DNA from: Paramoeba atlantica | Taxonomy: Eukaryota; Protista; Discosea | Reading direction: 5' to 3' | NCBI GenBank assembly: GCA_977017575.1 | Contig: CDRNVI010000015.1 | Location: 248,001-312,000, forward strand | Length of the DNA stretch: 64,000 nucleotides | Shown here: piece after piece, positions 10,799-20,208 of the stretch | How the letters are laid out: every line of letters starts with the position of its first letter | Position numbering within the stretch: the stretch's first letter is position 1 | Program-made: the position numbers and the translations under genes | The notes under the pieces: generated by a model | What the model was told of the DNA's origin: nothing | The model's input: only the letters and a program-made list of their open reading frames with translations | Database searches by the model: none

Positions 10799-11124
10799 AT
10801 GCAGATCAACGATCCTACAAAGTGCTGCTTTCTGCCGGCATGTAATGAACGTCGCACACGAGTTCGATATGAAATATTCAACGCGTGTCCGTACATGTCC
10901 TTAGTAATGTGCTTTAAATGTGCATGTGTGAAAGTAAAAAGGAGACTAGCCTGAAGGTAAACATACATATGCCGTATACTCGGCGGTTTATATGCTCGAC
11001 AAGACATGTCCAACGGAACCGCCAAATTCAAGTTTTAAGACGCTCCGTATTTAACTTAATTGTCTACTAGAATATGCTGTATTTCTTTGTTTATTTGTTG
11101 TTCTTTGTCTATTTGTTTCATTAA

Positions 11125-12855
11125 ATGGCAAGTTCAGTTAAGGCCATCGCATCTGGAGTTCCCACTTTGCCCCATGACCCCACGCGACGTATTCTCAAGT
11201 ATCTCCCACCTCCTCGGAGGCCTTGGCATCCATCAACGTTCCGCAGAGAAAATGTCACGCAAGAGCAGCTTCAAATTGAGTGGAGTAAAAGCCGAACCCG
11301 CCATGGACCAGGATACATCAACAGTGGGTATTCCACAGCGAAAGAGCATGTCTTTGATGATTACTCAACCCCTCCCACTCCGATACATGAACTTGTGAAA
11401 TTCATGCCGGACATTCGTGTTCCAGGTCTGCACAGCACTCCAGAAAGTCTCATGCATGTTCGCAATGGACATCGTGTTACACATGATTTGATTCATTCGT
11501 ACGACGGCTTTGTCTCTGGTCACAAAAAGTATGGTCCTAAAGGAGAGCGTGACCCTCAACTTATCGATCATGATAACATCAGTCCTATGGACGAAGGTTT
11601 TCACGGGATTCACCCCTCCGTTTTTGGATCACGCGCGCGCATTTACCGATATCTACGCCGTCCTCCATATTCAGAAGAGCGATTGTACTACCGACGTTAC
11701 GTTGCACCGTTTCCGGCTCCCCCTTCTGAGCGTCGAATGCAGCAAGAAATTATTCGCCTCTGTGACGAAGAAAAGAATCTTGAAGCTGCATGTGCGACTT
11801 ATCGCCTTTTGGTCCATCGTCCAACTGCAGAGGTCGTGACGGCAATGTTGAAGTGTTGTGGGTACTGGGGGTTGCTTAGCGACGCGGCAGCACTTTATTT
11901 GGATGTGTCTGGCACAGATCGCAAGATGGCACGGGAGACCTCTGTCTTGAGTGCATATTTGGATGTCGCTCTTCAAGTTAATCACCCGCAGCATGTGCTT
12001 ACTGTACTCGGCATAGTGCATGGAACAAAGACTGATAATTTTCGTTACCGAGAAGTTCCTAGTACCATCAAATACGAACTAGGACGTCGAGCTTTGGTAT
12101 GGATGTTGACTAAGTCTTACCCACATGCTCGCACGGTCTACAAATGGCTTTACGATCAAAAACTATTGAACTACGACGTAGAAGAAGTCGCTGGAAACAA
12201 GATAGGCGAGTTACTAACCGAAGTTATGACGAGATCTGAAACCTCCGAGAGCGACAATGACTCAGTTGCAGAAAGTATAACTGACCTGCTCTCCGAAAAT
12301 AATTTAGTTGTACAGCAAAAGATATCTCAGAAAATTCTTTTGCTTGTCACACAAATACACATGGAATATACATTTTGTCATGAGGGAACCTTCACTATCA
12401 CATGGTTGGAGAGGGAATTCTTTCCTATCGATCTTCATGCCGTTGTTCGGCTATCACGTGATGTCGCTCGCGCGCAGCGATCTAATGCAACAGATATCGC
12501 TGTACACGAAGGGGAGGAAGTTTCAGATGTAGATATTGCATATTCAGTTCACAAAATTCTACTGCTCCTCTCTCCTGATCTTCGTCGGCCTTCCCAAAGC
12601 AGTTTGCTTCCCTATCTACACAAATCGAAACCTTCTCGCCACAACCCGAATGTACGAGTGGTACCCGCAGCGGAAGAGCTGCAACACCGTGGATTATTAC
12701 CTTTCCAAGCCGGTTATTCCTTTTATCATGATAAGAATGGTGCGGTGCGAACGGTAACAGAATCTTACCCAATACTTGATAGTACCAATGTGACCCAAAT
12801 GTATCACGGTCGTGACGCCGTGCAGAGATACGCGAAGCCGGAAACTTGGTTTTGA
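11125..12855 (+). CDS. Probable mitochondrial PPR-like protein (kinetoplastid mitoribosome/RNA-processing type)
   Basis: 576-aa ORF with an Arg/Pro-rich basic N-terminus and PPR-like helical repeats (NLEAACATYRLLVHRPTAEVVTAMLKCCGYWGLLSDAAALY; TSVLSAYLDVALQ). Exact family not recognised. Confidence 0.5.
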   Translation: MASSVKAIASGVPTLPHDPTRRILKYLPPPRRPWHPSTFRRENVTQEQLQIEWSKSRTRHGPGYINSGYSTAKEHVFDDYSTPPTPIHELVKFMPDIRVPGLHSTPESLMHVRNGHRVTHDLIHSYDGFVSGHKKYGPKGERDPQLIDHDNISPMDEGFHGIHPSVFGSRARIYRYLRRPPYSEERLYYRRYVAPFPAPPSERRMQQEIIRLCDEEKNLEAACATYRLLVHRPTAEVVTAMLKCCGYWGLLSDAAALYLDVSGTDRKMARETSVLSAYLDVALQVNHPQHVLTVLGIVHGTKTDNFRYREVPSTIKYELGRRALVWMLTKSYPHARTVYKWLYDQKLLNYDVEEVAGNKIGELLTEVMTRSETSESDNDSVAESITDLLSENNLVVQQKISQKILLLVTQIHMEYTFCHEGTFTITWLEREFFPIDLHAVVRLSRDVARAQRSNATDIAVHEGEEVSDVDIAYSVHKILLLLSPDLRRPSQSSLLPYLHKSKPSRHNPNVRVVPAAEELQHRGLLPFQAGYSFYHDKNGAVRTVTESYPILDSTNVTQMYHGRDAVQRYAKPETWF

Positions 12856-13197
12856 TTTCTTTTGGAATTTATTTGAGTGGAAAGGCATTCTCAGGGAAAA
12901 TACCGCTATAATATCAAACGAATACAGATTACAGGACAACGATTTTTTATTGCATTGCAGCTTATGAACGTTGTACAGAAAGCTTATGTACGTTGTACAG
13001 AAAGTGTTTTTAGGAAAAAACGCAAGATTCATGTAAACATGCATAGTGGTCCGGCGACCCGCAACACATTGAACAGAAAATAAACTTCGAAAGTAGTGTA
13101 TACGAACCAAGTATCTTTCGCTTGTCCCGATTTTCTAGTTTCAGAGTGTGCACATTATTGCGGACATGTATTAAGTTATGCCTAGCTTGTAAGAGAA

Positions 13198-15042
13198 ATG
13201 ATTAATTATGTATTCAAAATATGGTCGCAAATAAGTGGTAGTGAAGGGGCCGACCAGTTAACCGCAGACAAAGAACCTCTCACACTTGTGTTCGGCTCAC
13301 AAACCGGAACTGCGGAATCTTACGTAGAAGTCTTGTGCAACGATGCAGACACATTTGGTATTCCACATGAAAAAATTGATCCTGTACAATATGAGCCTAA
13401 TCTGCTGCTGATGCGTTCCACCATAATATTTATTGTATCTACATATGGAGAAGGGCAACCTACAGATAATTTCTTCGAGTTGTTCGAACGTGTACGTATT
13501 CTAAAAGAAAAAGAATCCAACTCCCGGCTTCGTCACTTATCATATGCGATATATGGAATTGGAGATTCAAATTATAGGCATTACAACCGAACAGCCAAAA
13601 ATTTAGAATCATACCTCGAATCGTTGGGAGCGAAAGCGATTCTTCCATTGCGCCTTGGTGATACTCAGAATTCTTTAGAGGACGATTTTGAGGGCTGGAA
13701 ATTTCGACTATGGGAAGTTTTATGCAACGTATACTGCGTCGTACCGCCGAAACATTTTGAAGAAGTAAAGTTACCTAGTTTTTCTGTTGAACTTCAATAC
13801 GAAGCTGCGGTTGCTGTTCGTCCTTTTCCGGCGATTCCCCGCTCGCTTGCAGCCACCCGCACGCAACCTTGTTATGCATCCGTTCGTACGATTCGTAGAC
13901 TAATCGCCACTCCTCGGAGAAATACACGTCATATTGAGCTTCACGTTCAAGATTCTAATCTCTTGTATCAAGCTGGGGACCACATCGGTATTCTGCCCCG
14001 CAATTCATCTGGCATAGTAGAGGCGTATGCAGAAAGACTTAACCTTACATCGCGAGACTTAGGCGCACCGATTTTATTACGACCTCTCGGTAGAAAATGT
14101 GTGCCGTCATTCCCTTCTCAGGTGTCCCTTCGGGACATTCTGACGTGGCACATAGATCTTTGCGGTGTACCGCGAAAGTCCACTTTGCGGAACTTTGCAC
14201 AGTATTGCACGAATGAAAAGGAGAAGGAATACTTTATTTCTCTCCTAGGACCAAAAAAAGATTCGCGAGAAAAATATGGCAAATTACAATCCAAGATAAA
14301 GACTACTTTCGGATTTTTGCGTAAATTCACATCATGTTCTGTTCCTTTAAACGTGTTCTTGGAATTCATGCCCCGTCTACAGCCACGTTATTTTTCTCTT
14401 GCAAGCGATCCCTTATCGCATGAGAAAATTGTGCATATTCTTGTGAGAGAGGTATCCAACGGACTTTGCAGCAGTTGGCTTCAAACTTTATCCGTTGGAG
14501 ATTCAATTCCACTATACCTTAGGGAAAGTTCTTTCCATCATTCAAATCGATACCACACAAGACCCATCATAATGATAGCCGCTGGCACAGGAATAGCTCC
14601 TTTTATCGGGTTTATGCACCGTAGGTTAGCTTGGGCATCATCAGGCAAGGAACTTGGGGATGCTTACTTATTTTACGGTTGTCGGTGCCAAGAAGAGCTT
14701 CTGTACTGCGATTTTCTGTCTGAAATGCTGGAAAGACCTAAGGTACTTACTTCGCTTTGCGTTGCATATTCACGGGAGGGGCCGAAAAAGTATGTCCAAG
14801 ACGAAGTGCGTGCAGCTCGAAGACTTGTGTGGAATGTGGTGACCTCGCCAGGATATATTTATATATGCGGAGATGCAAAGGGAATGGCTAGAGACGTGGA
14901 TGAATGCCTGCTACAATGTGTTTTTATGGAAGCCGGTGGATTAACTAGGTTGGGTGCAGAGGAATTAATGGAAAAGATGGAGCGGACCTCACGACTACTT
15001 CGAGACGTTTGGACATCAACACCTGAGGGCACAACGACTTGA
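13198..15042 (+). CDS. CPR: NADPH-cytochrome P450 reductase-like diflavin oxidoreductase
   Basis: FMN motifs FGSQTGTAE, STYGEGQPTDN and GIGDSNYRHYN. FAD motif RYFSLAS. NADPH motifs MIAAGTGIAPF and YICGDAKGMARDV. C-terminal RDVW. Confidence 0.9.
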   Translation: MINYVFKIWSQISGSEGADQLTADKEPLTLVFGSQTGTAESYVEVLCNDADTFGIPHEKIDPVQYEPNLLLMRSTIIFIVSTYGEGQPTDNFFELFERVRILKEKESNSRLRHLSYAIYGIGDSNYRHYNRTAKNLESYLESLGAKAILPLRLGDTQNSLEDDFEGWKFRLWEVLCNVYCVVPPKHFEEVKLPSFSVELQYEAAVAVRPFPAIPRSLAATRTQPCYASVRTIRRLIATPRRNTRHIELHVQDSNLLYQAGDHIGILPRNSSGIVEAYAERLNLTSRDLGAPILLRPLGRKCVPSFPSQVSLRDILTWHIDLCGVPRKSTLRNFAQYCTNEKEKEYFISLLGPKKDSREKYGKLQSKIKTTFGFLRKFTSCSVPLNVFLEFMPRLQPRYFSLASDPLSHEKIVHILVREVSNGLCSSWLQTLSVGDSIPLYLRESSFHHSNRYHTRPIIMIAAGTGIAPFIGFMHRRLAWASSGKELGDAYLFYGCRCQEELLYCDFLSEMLERPKVLTSLCVAYSREGPKKYVQDEVRAARRLVWNVVTSPGYIYICGDAKGMARDVDECLLQCVFMEAGGLTRLGAEELMEKMERTSRLLRDVWTSTPEGTTT

Positions 15043-15205
15043 GCGGTACAAGAGTAGACCACGTTGTATACATTTGTACAGTTTTCTTTTTTCGTAATTG
15101 CAGACCGATTTTAAAAAATATGTTAACGTATTTATAACGAATACTGTACAAAGCTGATTTTTAGTGAGATCTTGACATTCTCTTTTAACTATTAACAAGG
15201 AGCCA

Positions 15206-15904
15206 ATGATTCGCTCTAAAAGCATTCGATTGAGTCAGTCGGTTACAGGAAAGAATGACTTATATTGCGGTATTTGTGTGCTACAAACTATTTTTAAGTA
15301 TTGGCAAAGAGCGACCAATCCTTATAAGGAAATTAACACTTCGCAACCGGTAACTCAAAGGGAAGATACGTCGGCAAAAATTGGCGCAAATGCCCTTTAT
15401 GTGTCCCTTTCGGAACCTTCATTTAAGGATCCTAGCCAGCTCCGTGAAACTTTTCTTCGCGAATTCGAAAAACTAAGGCGGCATTGTAACCTTCACATGT
15501 ATCTACGGACATCAACGGGTCCTCTGGGTTCGTTACAAAACATGCTCCGGGTTTTGGAAATTGAAACCTCGGTGCGCCACACGCTACAAGTTTTTCTTGG
15601 GCGTCTTCCGCAGGAGAACCGTCAGCGCGCGAGTATCCACGTGGGAGGTTATTATGCCCCGAAATCGGCAGATATGGCTCGGAGGGCGGCAACAACTTTG
15701 GGGAATATTCCTTCACAGAGAGACCCAGATATCCGAACGAATCCGTATGAGTACCCCGTGCCACAGGATCTAAAGGAACGAATTGGTGCGTATCGCGCAG
15801 ACACTTCCAAAGTGCGATTTTCGTCACGCTATATCCCACATTGGATCTTAGCTGACCCGGAAATTGCCCTATCAAAGACGGATCGCAAGGTTGATCCGTG
15901 GTAA
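15206..15904 (+). CDS. Hypothetical protein, possibly mitochondrial
   Basis: 232-aa ORF filling the gap between CPR and RtcB. Basic, hydroxylated N-terminus (MIRSKSIRLSQS). No family recognised. Confidence 0.55.
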   Translation: MIRSKSIRLSQSVTGKNDLYCGICVLQTIFKYWQRATNPYKEINTSQPVTQREDTSAKIGANALYVSLSEPSFKDPSQLRETFLREFEKLRRHCNLHMYLRTSTGPLGSLQNMLRVLEIETSVRHTLQVFLGRLPQENRQRASIHVGGYYAPKSADMARRAATTLGNIPSQRDPDIRTNPYEYPVPQDLKERIGAYRADTSKVRFSSRYIPHWILADPEIALSKTDRKVDPW

Positions 15905-16099
15905 TGATCAATGTATGTTTTCATTGATTTGGGAAAAAGGTCTGCGTGCCATTAAATGCTCAACACTTTATCTTTGTCCACAGAGTATCCCTACGAATGT
16001 CACAAAGACAGTTGTAGACAGACAGTTGTGACAAAAAATGTAACAACTACAGTTTTGTTATCATACAGTATTTTTTCTTGAATCCGCTTCTTGCTCAGT

Positions 16100-16120
16100 A
16101 GTTTTTATTTTCTACCTCAG
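16100..16120 (+). promoter_or_regulatory. Putative trans-splice acceptor (polypyrimidine tract + AG) for RtcB
   Basis: gtttttattttctacctcAG ends 14 nt before ATG 16135, the typical kinetoplastid SL-addition layout. Confidence 0.4.
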
Positions 16121-16134
16121 CATCCCTTGTACCC

Positions 16135-17505
16135 ATGTATCGCCGCTGTCTCCGACTTTTCTGCTCGTCCAGCGCACCTACCCAATCACGCGAGATTGAG
16201 CAATCTCTCCAAGGAAAGAACTACGTCTTTCTGAACGCTTCCCAGGACACCCCACCACCCACGGAGGAGCGTCTTTCCAACCCACCCCCTCCCTTACTCC
16301 GGGTCAAGGCATGGATCCGAGGTGTACCGCTGGACGCGGAGGCAGAAAAACAAATTGCACACATGCAGGCGCTTCAGTCTCACGGGATCCTGCGCCACCC
16401 AATCGCGGTTATGCCCGACGCCCACAGCGGGGTGGGGGCTACTGTCGGGACGGTGATTCCGACCTACAAAGCGATCATCCCCTCCGCCGTGGGGGTGGAC
16501 ATTGGCTGTGGCATGGTTGCCGTAAAGACAACCCTTCGCGCCAGTGACCTCCCCGAGAGTCTCGCGACCGTCCGCTTAGCGATTGAGTGCGCCATCCCAC
16601 ATGGTCGCTCCCACAATGGCCGTAGTGACTCTGACGTCGGGGGGTGGCGTTCCCGACCCAGTGATGAGGCTGCGAAGGTGTGGAAAACACAACTGCTTCC
16701 GGATTTTACTAAAATTGCGGCCAAATACCCAAAGCTTGAGCGCAGTAACAATGTGAATCATCTTGGTACATTGGGTACGGGGAACCACTTTATTGAAATT
16801 TGTCTTGACCAAGGCGACACTGTGTGGATTATGTTGCACAGTGGAAGTCGTGGTGTGGGAAATCAAATCGGCATGACCTTCATCGAACTTGCAAAAGAGG
16901 ATATGCGGAAGCGGAACTGTGAACTTCCAGATGCGGAGCTTTCTTATCTCAAAGAAGATAGCTCATATTTTAAAGACTACGTCTTTGCCGTTGGATGGGC
17001 GCAAAAGTACGCCGCGTTGAATCGGAAACTTATGCTACGAAAAGTCATACATGCACTTGTGGCATGCCCTCAAATACCTCCATTCGAGGTAGACACACAA
17101 CGGGCGATCAACTGTCATCACAACTACGTGGAGCGCGAGGAACATTACGGCACCTCACTGTATGTTACGCGAAAGGGCGCAATTAGTGCACGTAAGGGGG
17201 AGTTAGGTATTATTCCCGGGAGTATGGGGGCCTCTTCCTACATTGTACGGGGGAAAGGAAATGCCGAATCCTACTGCAGCGCTTCACACGGCGCCGGGCG
17301 TCTTCTCTCAAGAGGCGAAGCTCGAAGGAAATTTTCAGTCGAAGATCATGAGGCAGCCACAGAGGGCATAGAATGTCGAAAGGACCGCGACGTTATTGAC
17401 GAAACACCTATGGCATACAAAAATATTGACGATGTTTTGGAAGCAGAAAAAGATCTCGTTGAGGTTGTGGCAACATTGAGGCAAATAGTTTGCGTCAAAG
17501 GGTGA
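16135..17505 (+). CDS. rtcB: Bacterial-type RtcB RNA ligase with predicted mitochondrial presequence
   Basis: Motifs MPDAH, VGVDIGCGM, LGTLGTGNHFIE, MLHSGSRG, NCHHNY, IPGSMG and SHGAGR. C-terminal DETPMAYKNID..LRQIVCVKG is near-colinear with E. coli RtcB as recalled. N-terminus is MYRRCLRLFCSSS. Confidence 0.95.
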   Translation: MYRRCLRLFCSSSAPTQSREIEQSLQGKNYVFLNASQDTPPPTEERLSNPPPPLLRVKAWIRGVPLDAEAEKQIAHMQALQSHGILRHPIAVMPDAHSGVGATVGTVIPTYKAIIPSAVGVDIGCGMVAVKTTLRASDLPESLATVRLAIECAIPHGRSHNGRSDSDVGGWRSRPSDEAAKVWKTQLLPDFTKIAAKYPKLERSNNVNHLGTLGTGNHFIEICLDQGDTVWIMLHSGSRGVGNQIGMTFIELAKEDMRKRNCELPDAELSYLKEDSSYFKDYVFAVGWAQKYAALNRKLMLRKVIHALVACPQIPPFEVDTQRAINCHHNYVEREEHYGTSLYVTRKGAISARKGELGIIPGSMGASSYIVRGKGNAESYCSASHGAGRLLSRGEARRKFSVEDHEAATEGIECRKDRDVIDETPMAYKNIDDVLEAEKDLVEVVATLRQIVCVKG

Positions 17506-17664
17506 TGTGCCCTGCAAAGGTAGGTGTCTCGTTGTCGTTGTTTTTTGAGTTACTGTATCTTTGAGATAAGCCCGCTTGGTTCTATATTTCTTCATTCGAT
17601 TTTACTTTCATGTAGCACTTTAGATTTTAAAAATTTCCTACACACACGTAAAAATTTATTTAAA

Positions 17665-18468
17665 ATGCATCGTTCCCTCACAACTGAAAAACCCCGCCCC
17701 GTTGTCATTGCGAATTGGAAAACGAACGGGACTCGACCGTCGATTCAAGACCTTCTGTCCTCGTGGAGTGCCTACACTCCTTCCCATGCCGTGGAGTGCT
17801 ACCTTGCTCCCTCACTTCTACACATCCCCCACGTCCAGCACCACCTCAAAAGCATCTTGAGCTACCTCCACGTCGCGGCTCAGAATTGTGTAGCCAAATC
17901 TGGAGCTTTTACTGGGGAGGTAAGTGTGCAGCAGCTAAAGGAAATGGGTGTTCGTACTGTCATCTTGGGCCATAGTGAGCGTCGAGCGTACTACAGCGAA
18001 ACCGATCGAGTAGTTGCGGAAAAAATATCTGCAGTACTACGTGAGGGATGTACCGTTGTGGTGTGCATTGGGGAACGCCTCACGGAACGGGAAGCGGGGG
18101 AGACCACAGACGTAATTACGCGACAGTTAAGGGCTGCGATCACCGCCGTTGGGCGAGAACTCTGGGGACAGGTTATTATTGCTTACGAGCCCGTCTGGGC
18201 AATTGGGACGGGAAGGGTTGCTACCCCCGCCCAGGCCCAGGATGCTCACCGGACAATACGTAACATAATTGCGGAAAGTGTATCCGTTGAGGTGGCACAG
18301 AAGGTTCGTATTTTGTACGGGGGTAGTGTGGCGCCAGGTAACGCTCGGCAGCTCTATGCACAACCTGACATTAATGGTTTTCTCGTGGGTGGGGCTTCTC
18401 TACGGCCCAATTTCGTAGAAATCATACAAAGCACTTCCTCCGTGGAAGCCATCCCAAGCAAACTTTAG
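17665..18468 (+). CDS. TPI: Triosephosphate isomerase with C-terminal PTS1 (-SKL), glycosomal/peroxisomal
   Basis: ANWK, ILGHSERR, AYEPVWAIGTG, YGGSV and GFLVGGASL; ends AIPSKL*. ATG 17665 is preferred over the GTG-start ORF call at 17524. Confidence 0.96.
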   Translation: MHRSLTTEKPRPVVIANWKTNGTRPSIQDLLSSWSAYTPSHAVECYLAPSLLHIPHVQHHLKSILSYLHVAAQNCVAKSGAFTGEVSVQQLKEMGVRTVILGHSERRAYYSETDRVVAEKISAVLREGCTVVVCIGERLTEREAGETTDVITRQLRAAITAVGRELWGQVIIAYEPVWAIGTGRVATPAQAQDAHRTIRNIIAESVSVEVAQKVRILYGGSVAPGNARQLYAQPDINGFLVGGASLRPNFVEIIQSTSSVEAIPSKL

Positions 18469-18982
18469 CCACATCCACTAAAATAATGGCATTACTAAAT
18501 TCGCTTTGGCTTTGCGATTAGCTGCTGTGCTCATTATCAGGCTTTCGCATCTGATATTGTCGATAAAATTAAGATTCATGGGCGCTATGTGCCACCATTC
18601 CCATGTTTGTGTGCTTTTACTATCTCCATAGTTGAGGAGTTGGGGAGGCATATACCGAAACCTCACCTCACCGAAAATACGACGTGTGCATTGACACCTT
18701 CCTTTTTCAAAAGCGTTTTTGCTTTTAAAGACTTACTTCTAAACCTCTTAAAATGTGGTATAATTCAGGTGACAATAATACACATCTTGTATAGCAGTAT
18801 ATGTCGGCGGACTACTACTGTATGACTTCGTAGCTCACAATTTAGTGTACACAACACTCAATGTAGAATACATGCATGTAGTATCAATCCAGCCTCGGAT
18901 AAAATATAACTGTATCTGTTTATGTGTATGAAAAGATTCGTAGCTCACTTCCCTATTCTCTCTCTTTTCTGTAATATCTTAA

Positions 18983-19309
18983 ATGACGCAAGACATCCAA
19001 CTCGCCATGGGGTACGCCGCGCTTATGCTGCACGATTCTGAAATTGACGTCACTGCAGACCGCCTTAACGACATTTTGAAAGCTGCAAAGATCGAGGCTC
19101 TTCCCGTGTACGCGACTTTGTATGAGAAATTTTTGCAGAAGAACTCCATTGAGAGCATGCTTACGAGCACTGCGGGCGCCGCTCAGGCAGGAGGTGCTCC
19201 AGCGGCTGCGACGAGCTCCGAAGGCGATGCAAAGAAAGAGGATAAGAAAGCGGCTCCAGTTGTGGAGGAAGAGGAGGATGAAGATATGGGACTGGGTCTC
19301 TTTGACTAG
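18983..19309 (+). CDS. RPLP1: 60S acidic ribosomal stalk protein, P1 type
   Basis: YAALMLHDSEIDVTADRLNDILKAA, an Ala-rich hinge, and acidic C-terminus EEEEDEDMGLGLFD. Confidence 0.93.
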   Translation: MTQDIQLAMGYAALMLHDSEIDVTADRLNDILKAAKIEALPVYATLYEKFLQKNSIESMLTSTAGAAQAGGAPAAATSSEGDAKKEDKKAAPVVEEEEDEDMGLGLFD

Positions 19310-19634
19310 ACGAGAAAGGAAAAGATTCTATTTTTTAAGCCCCTGAATTAAGCGTATGTGGTATTAAGCATCACATGAGCTGTCAAAGTTTTTGATTGAA
19401 TCAGCATAAAATTACATTATTGAGTATACATTATTGAGTTTGTCATCGATATCACAAGACTCTTATTATCAATTTCAATACTATTTTCAATATATTTACA
19501 TGGTATTTCATTGTATTGTCTACAATTTACATTCTACGCATTTCTTATCACTTCGTTTGTTTGGTTAGTAGACTTCTTCTGTTTATCAATAGCATTTTTT
19601 TCATATTTTTCGCCTATAATTCATTCTCATTGAA

Positions 19635-19970
19635 ATGGTCGAACGAGTTACTTACCGCCGTAAGCTTCACTACAACACGAAGCGCAATCGATTTGTTCTC
19701 GTACGCACACCTGGAGGCCGCATGTCGATGCAATATCTGAAAAAGAGGGTGCGCGGCCCATGTACCCCAAAGTATCTTGGTCACAAGAGACTCCCTGGAA
19801 CTAAGTGCCTTCGACCCGTTGACGCGAAAAATCGTACTAAAAAATGGAAAACTGTGAATCGCTGCTACGGAGGTGTACTGAACCATGAGCAGGTACGTGA
19901 ACGAGTTGTCCGTGCATTTCTTAAAGAGGAGCAAAAGATTGCAAAGAAAGTCACTCAACGCAAAAAGTAG
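19635..19970 (+). CDS. RPL34: 60S ribosomal protein L34 (eL34), kinetoplastid type without Zn-finger cysteines
   Basis: RVTYRRKLHYNT..RTPGG and YGGVLNHEQVRERVVRAFLKEEQKI. LGHKRLPGTKCLR replaces the CxxC of other eukaryotes, as in trypanosomatid eL34. Confidence 0.93.
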   Translation: MVERVTYRRKLHYNTKRNRFVLVRTPGGRMSMQYLKKRVRGPCTPKYLGHKRLPGTKCLRPVDAKNRTKKWKTVNRCYGGVLNHEQVRERVVRAFLKEEQKIAKKVTQRKK

Positions 19971-20208
19971 TTACAAGTTGCTGTCCGTGAAGAATGATGT
20001 AAAGATCAAGGAAAGAGGATCCCATAGAAGCAAGTATTCTGTATTGTACTAGCAATAGATTTAATTCGAATGCTTTGTAAGTTGCGCATACGCTGCTGTT
20101 CAATTACATTGTTATCAAACCAGCATACACAAATTATGTAGGTAGACGAATTAAGTTACAAAATAACATTATCGGGCATCTTTCTTTACCTTTTTGACCG
20201 CTTCTTCC

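Noticed and set aside
18470-18720. Possible snRNA, SL RNA or tRNA in the TPI-RPLP1 spacer (ACATCCAC resembles part of trypanosome U6)
   Set aside because: There is no ACAGAG box, SL exon or tRNA cloverleaf with A/B boxes; no RNA gene was recognised anywhere in the window.
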